A stretch of 64,000 nucleotides of DNA. It comes from Candidatus Tayloriibacteriota bacterium (GTDB lineage Bacteria; Patescibacteriota; Minisyncoccia; Phycocordibacterales; PALSA-1337). A program made the position numbers and the translations under genes. Positions 46,788 to 55,841 of the stretch are shown here, one piece after another. Location of the stretch: contig JANNAN010000007.1 of NCBI GenBank assembly GCA_031384385.1, positions 10,236 to 74,235 on the forward strand, written 5' to 3'. The notes under the pieces were generated by a model. That model made no database searches. It was not told the DNA's origin and saw nothing but the letters and a program-made list of their open reading frames with translations. How positions within the stretch are numbered: position 1 is the first letter of the stretch; every line of letters begins with the position of its first letter.

Positions 46788-47620
46788 TAATTAATTTCAC
46801 TTTTTCCTTCTGGAATTATTTTCTCAATAATTAATTTATTATCTTTAAATGAAGCTTTTGTTATTTTTATTCTAGTTTTGATACCATTCTTTTCAATGAA
46901 GAAAAATGCAGAAGGCCATCCCTCGTAGGCTTGAATTTTTAAATAGTTTTTATAATCATCATTTTTTAAATCAATTAGACCATCATTTTTCTCAATCATT
47001 TTTGTATAAGTAGCTTGTGTATGATCTTGTTCAATTTCTTTTAATTTGCCATCTATCCAGTCAGGAAGTATTGATATTAGTAAATCAGCTCCAACATTTA
47101 CCAATTCTTTTCCTAATGTATCTGCCGTAGGTGGCCAAGGTTCAAATGTAACTTCTTTTTGTACTAATATCGGACCATGATCCATTTCATTGTCCATTCT
47201 CATAATGGTTATTCCTGTAGTTTTTTCATCATTCAAAATGGCAGTTTCAATCGGACATGAACCTCTTAATTTTGGCAAAAGAGAAGCGTGAATATTCAAT
47301 GATTTTGTTTTTGGAATATTTAAAATTTCATTTGGGATTATTTTTCCATAAGCAATAACTACGAATACATCAGCATTGTGATTTTTTAATGTTTTAAATA
47401 ATTCCTCATCCTTTAACTTTTCTGGTTGATAGACTGGTATTTTATTTGCATTAGCCCATATTTTTGCTGGCGGGGGAGTTAATAGCATTTTTCTCCCACT
47501 TGGTCGATCAGGCATAGTTACAATAAAAACAATATCATAACCAGCTGTATTTAACTTTTCTAAGGTCATTACTGAATATTCTGATGTTCCAAAAAATCCT
47601 ATTTTAATTTTGTTTTTCAT
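46772..47620 (-). CDS. fmt: Methionyl-tRNA formyltransferase
   Basis: PDRPSGR, NIHASLLPKLRG and MDHGP motifs. Confidence 0.96.
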   Translation of the reverse strand: MKNKIKIGFFGTSEYSVMTLEKLNTAGYDIVFIVTMPDRPSGRKMLLTPPPAKIWANANKIPVYQPEKLKDEELFKTLKNHNADVFVVIAYGKIIPNEILNIPKTKSLNIHASLLPKLRGSCPIETAILNDEKTTGITIMRMDNEMDHGPILVQKEVTFEPWPPTADTLGKELVNVGADLLISILPDWIDGKLKEIEQDHTQATYTKMIEKNDGLIDLKNDDYKNYLKIQAYEGWPSAFFFIEKNGIKTRIKITKASFKDNKLIIEKIIPEGKSEINYYELR

Positions 47621-47722
47621 AGTTTGTCATTCGAAAGGTTTAGATAAATTGTGGTGAGGAGGTTCTTTTATTTTCCTAGCTTGCGTAGAAAATGAAAGAA
47701 GCCTCCGAGCACAAGTAATTTA

Positions 47723-48244
47723 TCAAACCTTTCCTAAACTTTCTGGTGGAATGTCTTCAACATCTGTGGCCTTATCAATAAATAGTACACCATCAAGATG
47801 ATCCGTTTCATGTTGGAAAATTTGAGCAAGTAAACCACTAGCACCACGCTCAACAATTTCTCCTAACTCATTATAACCTTTCACTGTTGCTTTTATGGAT
47901 CTATTAACTTTTCCATATTTCCAACGAACAGAAAGACATCCTTCCTCAACAGAATGTTTTTCTTTCGAAAGCTTACTAATTTCTGGATTAATAAAAATTA
48001 AATCTTTACCAATGCTCCTATATTCTTTATCAGCTTCGCATAAAATATTATCAGAAACAATAAAAATTCTTAGTGGAACACCAATTTGAGGTGCAGCAAT
48101 AGCAACTCCATCTTTTTGACTATCTAAGGCAATTTTCATATTAAAAAGAATCTTCTGAATCTTTTTTGACTTTATATCCTTTGTGGATACTGTTTGAGCA
48201 CATTCTCTCAATACAGGATCACTTTGTTGAACTATATTTATCAT
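47723..48244 (-). CDS. def: Peptide deformylase
   Basis: GVAIAAPQIG, EGCLS and QHETDHLDG motifs. Confidence 0.97.
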   Translation of the reverse strand: MINIVQQSDPVLRECAQTVSTKDIKSKKIQKILFNMKIALDSQKDGVAIAAPQIGVPLRIFIVSDNILCEADKEYRSIGKDLIFINPEISKLSKEKHSVEEGCLSVRWKYGKVNRSIKATVKGYNELGEIVERGASGLLAQIFQHETDHLDGVLFIDKATDVEDIPPESLGKV

Positions 48245-48267
48245 AGTATTTTTATATTGAAAGATTA

Positions 48268-50184
48268 CTATAAAAGCGTCTCCGGGTCTACCTTCACAAT
48301 TACAGCAGGTGAAAGTGAACGGATTTTTTCAATTAAATTTTTATCTGGCCATTTTCCTTTTTGAAGACGAATCAAACCATGTAAAACTTGATTACCTCTA
48401 ACTGTTTGAGTAAAAGCTGGAAATACTTCAACCTCATAAGGATCTAGAGTATTTTGAACATTTTCCATTTCTTTAATTATTTCATTTTTCTTACCTTCAA
48501 GGGTTATTTTAATTAAATTTGAAAATGGCGGATAATTAAATTTTTCTCTTTCTGAAATTTCTCCTCTATAAAAATCACTCATATTTCCACTAAGACCATA
48601 TTTGAAAACTTTCTCATCAGATTTACGAGTTTGAACAATGAAATGTTTTGTTGTTAAAGAACGAATACGAATTAACATATATAAAATTTTTTCTTGAATT
48701 CTAAAATCCGGTAAAGAGAAAAGAGAATCAAGAGAAATAATTGCAGAATTTTCTACCTTTTCGTGAAGATATTGAAGTATCATTTCAGTGCCGATTAGGA
48801 TACTTCCGGGCTTTGCTTTGAATTCTCTCACTATTTCTTTTGCAGTTTTATTTGCATTTTCTTTTTTCAATAGAGTATCTGAATCTAATTGAAAAATATT
48901 TATATCTGGAAATTTATCTTTTATTTTTTCAATTACCAAATCAATTCCAATTCCTACAACTCCCAATTTCCAACTCCCACAAATTTTGCAGTATTCTTCT
49001 GTAGATCTTCTTTCTCCACAACGATGACACATAAAGAAATTTTTCTCACCATTTTCTCTTGAAGCATTATGTAGAACAACGGGTGAACTACAATTATTAC
49101 AAATAACAATATTTTGACAATCTCCACAAACTGTAGTTGGTGCAACACCCCTACGAGTAGCCAAAATTACCATGTGTTCACTTTCATTTTTTGTTCTATT
49201 TATTAATTTCTCGACTTCATCTGAAAGAATTTTAAAGCTAGTTTTTACAGCTGATTTATAAACTTTCATATCCACAAGTTCATCTTTTGCTGTACTTAGT
49301 GAGCGAAATTTAAATGGAGAAGCTTGAATAATTTCACCTTGATTTTCTCTATATAGTGTTTCTACTCTTAAAAAATTATCTGCAAAAAATATTTTTATTC
49401 CAAGTTTATCTGCAAGTGTTTCTGTAATTTGTCTAATGTCCAAATATGGTCTTCTTTGGATTTTGTAATTCTTACTACTTTCTCTTTCAACTACTATCGT
49501 TTCAATATCTGTGCGGGGAATAGAAAGAAAACCTCCAGTGATGATTATTATAACAGGATGTTCTTCTTGTATTATATTATTCCAAGTTTCAATTATCTTT
49601 TTGGGTTTTAATGAACCATTTAAAATAAAAGCATAACCCTCAATTCCTTTTTCAAGTATTTCAAAAGCTCTTTCCGTATCTTCAATTGTTGGCATTATGA
49701 AAAGTAAAGATCTTTTCTTTGCAAATTCTTGCCTAATTAAACTTTTCCAAGTTCCATATCGCTCTTCATCATCTCCTTGAACTGCATATTTTTCTTGAAC
49801 AGTTTTAATTTCAACTTTTTCTTCAACTTTATTTACTTTTAATTTATTTGTATTTTTTAAAATATATTCAGGAACAAGTACATCGATAATTGCACCCATA
49901 CTAGTAGCGTAATAGTCGGCAGTCTCTTTTACCATTTCCATAAATGCTCTTGAGAAAAACTCAGTACTTTTTATTGTATCTATTTTTTTTAAAGTAAAGC
50001 TGGCATTTTTAATTTCACTTTTCATATCTTCAGCTTTTTTAATTGAAAGAACAATTCCATGCACCTTCTTATTTCGTAAGGGAATATCAACAATAGCACC
50101 AATAGGTACTTCTTTTGAAGTGAAGTAGGAAAGGGTATCGGTTCCAATACCACGGCTTATGGGAATTACCTCGATGATGTTCAT
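48268..50184 (-). CDS. priA: Primosomal protein N' with degenerate helicase motifs
   Basis: Four CxxC motifs, RRG, PDFR and YPPF; adjacent to def/fmt. Confidence 0.88.
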   Translation of the reverse strand: MNIIEVIPISRGIGTDTLSYFTSKEVPIGAIVDIPLRNKKVHGIVLSIKKAEDMKSEIKNASFTLKKIDTIKSTEFFSRAFMEMVKETADYYATSMGAIIDVLVPEYILKNTNKLKVNKVEEKVEIKTVQEKYAVQGDDEERYGTWKSLIRQEFAKKRSLLFIMPTIEDTERAFEILEKGIEGYAFILNGSLKPKKIIETWNNIIQEEHPVIIIITGGFLSIPRTDIETIVVERESSKNYKIQRRPYLDIRQITETLADKLGIKIFFADNFLRVETLYRENQGEIIQASPFKFRSLSTAKDELVDMKVYKSAVKTSFKILSDEVEKLINRTKNESEHMVILATRRGVAPTTVCGDCQNIVICNNCSSPVVLHNASRENGEKNFFMCHRCGERRSTEEYCKICGSWKLGVVGIGIDLVIEKIKDKFPDINIFQLDSDTLLKKENANKTAKEIVREFKAKPGSILIGTEMILQYLHEKVENSAIISLDSLFSLPDFRIQEKILYMLIRIRSLTTKHFIVQTRKSDEKVFKYGLSGNMSDFYRGEISEREKFNYPPFSNLIKITLEGKKNEIIKEMENVQNTLDPYEVEVFPAFTQTVRGNQVLHGLIRLQKGKWPDKNLIEKIRSLSPAVIVKVDPETLL

Positions 50185-50223
50185 TCCTTATTTATAGCCT
50201 ATTTTAAGGGTTTTTATTAGAGT

Positions 50224-50253
50224 TGACAGGACAGTGTCCAGTGTGCTATAATA
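50224..50253 (+). promoter_or_regulatory. Sigma70 promoter
   Basis: TTGACA-18 nt-TATAAT with TG extension. Confidence 0.75.
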
Positions 50254-50373
50254 ATATTGTTAAGTACATTGAAATAGTGATAAGTATTTGTTGGGGCTTC
50301 TAGTATATTTCAAAGCAAGTATATTAAAAGCCCTTACAAATACCAATTCCGGTTTTGTGTGTGGATTTAGATT

Positions 50374-50649
50374 ATGAAAAACACAATCATCCTCAGTTGT
50401 CTCTTGTTGGTCGTCACTCTTGCTTTAACCGCTTGCACCGAACAACAGCGGGCCAGGGAATTTGGTGGCAGCGCAACAGTTGAACTCCCTGCTGGCAGGA
50501 AACTCGTTACTGCGACATGGAAAGCAGATCATCTTTGGTATCTCACTCGTCAGATGCACACAAATGAGATTGCTGAAGAGTATGAATTCAGGGAATCCAG
50601 TTCGTTTGGACTCATTGAAGGAAAGGTGGTTTTCAAGGAGAAAAAATAA
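50374..50649 (+). CDS. Small lipoprotein
   Basis: Lipobox LTAC after hydrophobic signal; own promoter and terminator (~50684-50727). Confidence 0.75.
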   Translation: MKNTIILSCLLLVVTLALTACTEQQRAREFGGSATVELPAGRKLVTATWKADHLWYLTRQMHTNEIAEEYEFRESSSFGLIEGKVVFKEKK

Positions 50650-50936
50650 CCCCATACAGCCTCCCGACCTCTCGCAGGTCCCGCCCGCTTCAAAAAAGAC
50701 TCGCTGTCTTCATGAAGCGGGTTTTTTATTTGTCTAAAATATCACAACACAAAATTTAAATAATTATAATTGTTTTTATTTTTATAAATGAGAAAATTAA
50801 TTAATAAATTTTACTAATTATTAATTTAAATAAATAAAAATATGAATAATGTACTTATAAAAATAGAAAAAGATTTGGATTCAATTAAAAAGTATAAATT
50901 TGTAAATCTCCTCTTAAACAAGTACAATATAAATCA

Positions 50937-52247
50937 ATGAAAAATGACTCATTTATCATAGAAGGCTTAGGGGGTGAAAAATCATTAAATGGTGAAATAT
51001 CTGTTTTTGGTGCAAAAAATGCTGTATTGAAGGCAATGGCAGCTACTATTCTTTTTTCTGATATTGTAAAACTTGAAAATGTTCCTGATACAGAAGATGT
51101 TAAAAAAATGAATATTTTACTCGAAAAGTTGGGTGCGAAAATCACACATCTTGATCATACTGTTGAAATCGATACAAAAAATATAAATATTTCAAATCTG
51201 GATGAGAGCCTTGCGCAAAGTATGCGAGCTTCAGTAGTTTTGACTGGCCCATTACTTGCGAGATTTGGTAAAACATCTTTTCCAGCTCCTGGTGGTTGTG
51301 TTATCGGCACAAGACCAATCGATCTTTTTATTGAAGGATATAAAAAAATGGGAGCAAAAATCGAATTGAAAGAGGATACATATTTCATGACTACTTTAAA
51401 TGATAAATTGAAAGGTGCTGAAATATTTTTTAATATTCAAACGGTTGGTGGAACAGAAACATTAATGATGGCAGCGGTGCTTGCAGATGGAAAAACAATT
51501 CTGAAGAATTGTGCAATGGAGCCTGAAATAGTTTCAGTTGCTGAATATTTGAATTCTTGTGGTGCTCAAATAAAAGGTGCTGGAACTTCCACAATAGAAA
51601 TTATTGGTGGAAAATTATTGGAATCAAAAGGAAAGCCATATATAACAGTACCAGATCGTATTGAAGCTGGGAGTTTTCTTATTTTGGGTGCTTTGTGTGC
51701 TGATAATTTAAAAATTAAAAATTGTAATCCACTTCACTTGGAATCTGTAATTAATTTATTAAGAGAATCAGGCGTAAGTATTTACACAAGTGAAAATTCA
51801 ATAGAAATTAAAAATAATGGAAAAGTAAAAAATTCTGCATTTAAAAGTTTTAATGTTAGAACACATGAATACCCAGGATTTCCAACTGATCTTCAAGCAC
51901 CAATAGTTACTTTTTTAACTCAAGCTACTGGTGAAAGTATTGTTCTTGAAACTATTTATGAAGGACGATTCAAATTTATTCAAAATTTAATTAAATTAGG
52001 AGCTGAAATTACATCTATGAATCCTCGTGAAATATTAATTCATGGAAATACAAATTTTAAAAATGTTAATGGAGAAAATCTTGAAGCATTCGATATAAGA
52101 GCGGGTTTTGCTACTATCATTGCTTCGTTACTTGCAAAGGGTACATCAGTTGTGAATAATGTGTATTATATAGACAGGGGATATGAAAATATTGAAGGAA
52201 GACTTAATTCTATTGGCACAAAAATAGTTCGTAAGAATATTTGTTAA
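50937..52247 (+). CDS. murA: UDP-N-acetylglucosamine 1-carboxyvinyltransferase
   Basis: GAKNA, PGGCVIGTRP, PDRIEAG, PGFPTDLQ and IDRGYE motifs. Confidence 0.97.
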   Translation: MKNDSFIIEGLGGEKSLNGEISVFGAKNAVLKAMAATILFSDIVKLENVPDTEDVKKMNILLEKLGAKITHLDHTVEIDTKNINISNLDESLAQSMRASVVLTGPLLARFGKTSFPAPGGCVIGTRPIDLFIEGYKKMGAKIELKEDTYFMTTLNDKLKGAEIFFNIQTVGGTETLMMAAVLADGKTILKNCAMEPEIVSVAEYLNSCGAQIKGAGTSTIEIIGGKLLESKGKPYITVPDRIEAGSFLILGALCADNLKIKNCNPLHLESVINLLRESGVSIYTSENSIEIKNNGKVKNSAFKSFNVRTHEYPGFPTDLQAPIVTFLTQATGESIVLETIYEGRFKFIQNLIKLGAEITSMNPREILIHGNTNFKNVNGENLEAFDIRAGFATIIASLLAKGTSVVNNVYYIDRGYENIEGRLNSIGTKIVRKNIC

Positions 52248-52252
52248 ATTAA

Positions 52253-53266
52253 ATGAAATTCTTTTCACAAAAACTCGGCATAGATTTGGGAACTGCGAAT
52301 ACGCTAGTTTTTCTTCCTGGAAAGGGAATTGTTTTGAATGAGCCATCTGTTGTTGCTGTTTCTGAACAAGATAAAAAAGTTCTTGCAGTAGGTTTTGAAG
52401 CAAAGGAAATGATTGGAAGAACTCCAGATAATATTATTGCTTATCGTCCAATGCGTGATGGTGTGATAGCAGATTATAGAGTTACAGAGGCAATGCTTAG
52501 ATATTTTATAAATAAAGCTTTGGGAACTTGGAATATTTTTAAGCCTGAAGTTATGGTTTCTGTACCGGCTGGGATTACTTCTACAGAGAGAAGGGCTGTT
52601 ATTGAGGCCACTATTCGTGCTGGAGCTAGAAATGCTTATGTTGTAAAAGAGCCCATTCTTGCTGCTATTGGTGCTGGAATTTCTATTCAAGAAGCTTGCG
52701 GGCATATGATTGTGGATATTGGCGGTGGAACAACAGATGTTGCTGTGATTTCTCTTGGGGGTATTGTGGCTTCAACATCAGTGAAATGTGCTGGAAGTAA
52801 AATTGATGCAGCGATTACGGATTATATTAAAAAGACTTTCAATTTAGCGATTGGTGATAAGACTGCAGAGGATATAAAAATTAAAATAGGATCGGCAATT
52901 CCACTTGAAGAAGAACTTTCTATGCAAGTAAAGGGTCGTGATTTTATATCTGGACTTCCTCGTTCAACTGAAGTTAAGACAAATGAAATTGTAAAAGCTA
53001 TTTCAAAAGAACTTAGAGATATGATAAAAGCAATTAAAGATGTACTTCAAGAAACTCCACCAGAACTTTCTTCAGATATTATTGATCAAGGTATAATTAT
53101 GACAGGTGGTTCATCAATGCTTCGTAATCTTCCAGAGTTGGTTTTTCGTCGAACTGGTGTAAAGGCTCGTCTTGCTGATGATGCATTGTTCTGTGTGGCA
53201 AAGGGAACAGGAATTGCACTTGAACATTTGGATACATATAAGAAGAGTATAATTAGTAAGAGGTAA
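52253..53266 (+). CDS. mreB: Rod shape-determining actin-like protein (paralog 1)
   Basis: GIDLGTAN, EPSVVA and DIGGGTTD motifs. Confidence 0.95.
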   Translation: MKFFSQKLGIDLGTANTLVFLPGKGIVLNEPSVVAVSEQDKKVLAVGFEAKEMIGRTPDNIIAYRPMRDGVIADYRVTEAMLRYFINKALGTWNIFKPEVMVSVPAGITSTERRAVIEATIRAGARNAYVVKEPILAAIGAGISIQEACGHMIVDIGGGTTDVAVISLGGIVASTSVKCAGSKIDAAITDYIKKTFNLAIGDKTAEDIKIKIGSAIPLEEELSMQVKGRDFISGLPRSTEVKTNEIVKAISKELRDMIKAIKDVLQETPPELSSDIIDQGIIMTGGSSMLRNLPELVFRRTGVKARLADDALFCVAKGTGIALEHLDTYKKSIISKR

Positions 53267-53288
53267 GGCTGGGTGTATAATATAGTCT

Positions 53289-53966
53289 ATGAACCCATTC
53301 CAATTCCTAAAATCTCTAGACCATCATGCCTACTTTATTTATTCTTCTAAAGATGATGTAGAGAAGCTAAAAGAATATCTAAAAGATAAATTTGGAATTT
53401 CATATATTCAAAATCCTGATTTTTATTATGAAAAATTTGAAACTCTTGGTATTGATGAAAGTAGAAAAATAAAAGAAAATCATTTATCAAAAAGTTTTAA
53501 GGAGGGTGATAAAAGAATGTTTATTATTAAAACATCAAATATTACTCATGAAGCACAAAATGCTTTACTTAAAATTTTCGAAGAACCACACGAGGATAGT
53601 CATTTTTTCTTAATAATGCCATCATCAGAAGTTCTTTTGCCGACTCTGCTCTCTCGTCTTTTGATTATTCAAAAAAGTAAAGATACGGATGATTTACAAG
53701 TCTTAAAAAATGCTGAAGACTTTTTAAAATTTTCCAAAAAAGAGAAAATAGATTTTGTCGATGATTTGGCAAAGAGAATTAGTGACGAAAAAGTCAATAA
53801 ATCTGATGCGCAAGAATTTCTTACTTCATTAGAAATCATTTTATATAAAAAAGAAGGATTAAAAAATCCTCAAAGAATAACGGCTGTTTTGAAAGCTAAG
53901 GATTATTTGAATGATAGATCACCATCAATAAAGCAATTATTAGAATATGTTGCGTTGAATCTATAG
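53289..53966 (+). CDS. holB: DNA polymerase III delta'-like subunit (short form)
   Basis: HHAY, NPDF, EAQNALLKIFEEP and LLPTLLSR motifs. Confidence 0.8.
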   Translation: MNPFQFLKSLDHHAYFIYSSKDDVEKLKEYLKDKFGISYIQNPDFYYEKFETLGIDESRKIKENHLSKSFKEGDKRMFIIKTSNITHEAQNALLKIFEEPHEDSHFFLIMPSSEVLLPTLLSRLLIIQKSKDTDDLQVLKNAEDFLKFSKKEKIDFVDDLAKRISDEKVNKSDAQEFLTSLEIILYKKEGLKNPQRITAVLKAKDYLNDRSPSIKQLLEYVALNL

Positions 53967-54088
53967 CTATAAAACTGTTGATAACTTTTTTGCAATTAAA
54001 TTTCAATTATTTTATATTTATGTATGTTGTGCTGACCATGATGATGCACATTACAAAAATTAGGAAAGGGGGTGACTTCTATCTGAAT

Positions 54089-54118
54089 GAGGGTTGACAC
54101 TTGTCAACCCTCTTTTTT
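54089..54118 (+). terminator. Intrinsic terminator
   Basis: GAGGGTTGACA-ct-TGTCAACCCTC followed by TTTTTT. Confidence 0.8.
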
Positions 54119-54152
54119 ATTTATTTTTTTAATATGATATACTATCCATATT

Positions 54153-54704
54153 ATGGCATACGATTTTACAAAATTTAAGAAATCATTATCAGGTACTGAA
54201 GAGTGGATAAAGAAAGAGTTTTCAGTTATTAGAACAGGTCAAGCAAGTCCTATGTTACTTGATGGTATTAAGGTTGAATCTTATGGAGTTCCATCACCAT
54301 TGGTACAAGTTGGCTCTGTTATGACAGAAGGACCAAGAACTATTCGTATCGTTCCATTCGACAACTCTCTTTCAAAGGAAATAGAAAAAGCTATTACAAT
54401 AGCCAATCTTGGAGTATCAGTTTCTGTTGACGATAAAGGTTTGAGAGTTAATTTTCCAGAACTTACTTCAGAAAGTAGAGTTTCTATTGTTAAACTTGCA
54501 AAGGAAAAATTGGAAGATGGTAAAAAACAGATTCGATTACACAGAGATGATGCAATGAAGGATTTGAAAGCAAAAGAAAAGGCTGGTGGTATTGGAAAAG
54601 ATGAAGTATTTCGCCACGAAAAGGAAATTCAAAAATTTGTAGATGATGTGAACAAGAAGTTAGATGAAATTTATTTAAAAAAGGAAAAGGAAATAACACA
54701 ATAA
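54153..54704 (+). CDS. frr: Ribosome recycling factor
   Basis: IRTGQASP, V.SYG, PELTSESR. Confidence 0.95.
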   Translation: MAYDFTKFKKSLSGTEEWIKKEFSVIRTGQASPMLLDGIKVESYGVPSPLVQVGSVMTEGPRTIRIVPFDNSLSKEIEKAITIANLGVSVSVDDKGLRVNFPELTSESRVSIVKLAKEKLEDGKKQIRLHRDDAMKDLKAKEKAGGIGKDEVFRHEKEIQKFVDDVNKKLDEIYLKKEKEITQ

Positions 54705-54712
54705 AATCATAA

Positions 54713-55792
54713 ATGATAAATACTATAATTTTCCTAATTGTTCTTGCTGTATTAATTTTTGTTCACGAATTAGGACATTTTTTGGTGGCTAAATGGTGTG
54801 GAATAAGAGTTGATGCTTTTGCTATTGGTTTTGGTCCTAAAATTTTTTCAAAACAGGTTGGCGAGGTTAAATATTCATTAAATTTAATTCCTTTTGGCGG
54901 ATATGTAAAAATCTTCGGTGAAAATCCAGAAGATGAATCAATTAACGGTCCAGACAAAGCAAGAAGTTTTATACATAAACCAAAGTGGCAACAAATTTCA
55001 GTTCTTTTTGCTGGAATATTTTTTAATTTTGTTTTTGCATGGTTCTTGATAGTGATTGCTTTTTCTTCTGGAGTTCCTGCATCTATTGATAGTTATCCAG
55101 AATATAAGGATTTAATGAAAAATCCAAATATTACAATTACCTTTGTAAATTCAGGTTCTCCTGCAGAAAAAGCTGGTTTAAAAGCTGGTGATAAAATAAT
55201 TGGCTCAAATACTCTCGCTGAGGTTCAAGAAAAAATAAATAGTAGCGGTACGGTTGGAATTGAATTAGTTTATTTAAGAAATAATATACAAGGAAAAGCA
55301 AAAGTTATTGCAGAAAAGGGAATTGTAGAAGGAAAGTATGCCATTGGAATCGCAATGGATAATGTAGCCACTTTACAATTACCAGTTCATAAAGCGATTG
55401 TTGAATCATTCAGACTTACTTATCATATGATTTCAGCTACAGTTATGGGTATCTATAATCTTATTTCTGGAATATTCAGTGGTACAGCAAAATTAGCATC
55501 CATAAGTGGCCCAGTTGGCATTGCTGGACTTATTGGTGATGCAGCAAAACTTGGATTTACTTATTTAATAATGTTTACTGCAATTATCTCTATAAATCTC
55601 GGAGTATTAAATTTAGTTTCATTTCCAGCTCTTGATGGTGGAAGAATATTTTTTGTAATTATTGAAACAATTATTCGTAAACAAATAAAACCTATCTTTG
55701 CGAATACGATAAATACAATTGGCTTTTTCTTACTCATTTTACTTATGGTTGTTGTGACTTATAGAGATATTGCAAAATTATTTGTGAAATAA
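54713..55792 (+). CDS. rseP: Site-2 (RIP) metalloprotease with PDZ domain
   Basis: HELGH, PFGGYV and NLVSFPALDGG motifs. Confidence 0.95.
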   Translation: MINTIIFLIVLAVLIFVHELGHFLVAKWCGIRVDAFAIGFGPKIFSKQVGEVKYSLNLIPFGGYVKIFGENPEDESINGPDKARSFIHKPKWQQISVLFAGIFFNFVFAWFLIVIAFSSGVPASIDSYPEYKDLMKNPNITITFVNSGSPAEKAGLKAGDKIIGSNTLAEVQEKINSSGTVGIELVYLRNNIQGKAKVIAEKGIVEGKYAIGIAMDNVATLQLPVHKAIVESFRLTYHMISATVMGIYNLISGIFSGTAKLASISGPVGIAGLIGDAAKLGFTYLIMFTAIISINLGVLNLVSFPALDGGRIFFVIIETIIRKQIKPIFANTINTIGFFLLILLMVVVTYRDIAKLFVK

Positions 55793-55841
55793 GGAGTTTT
55801 CTTGTATTATTGTCACATTACCCATTTACTAAGGCATATTT

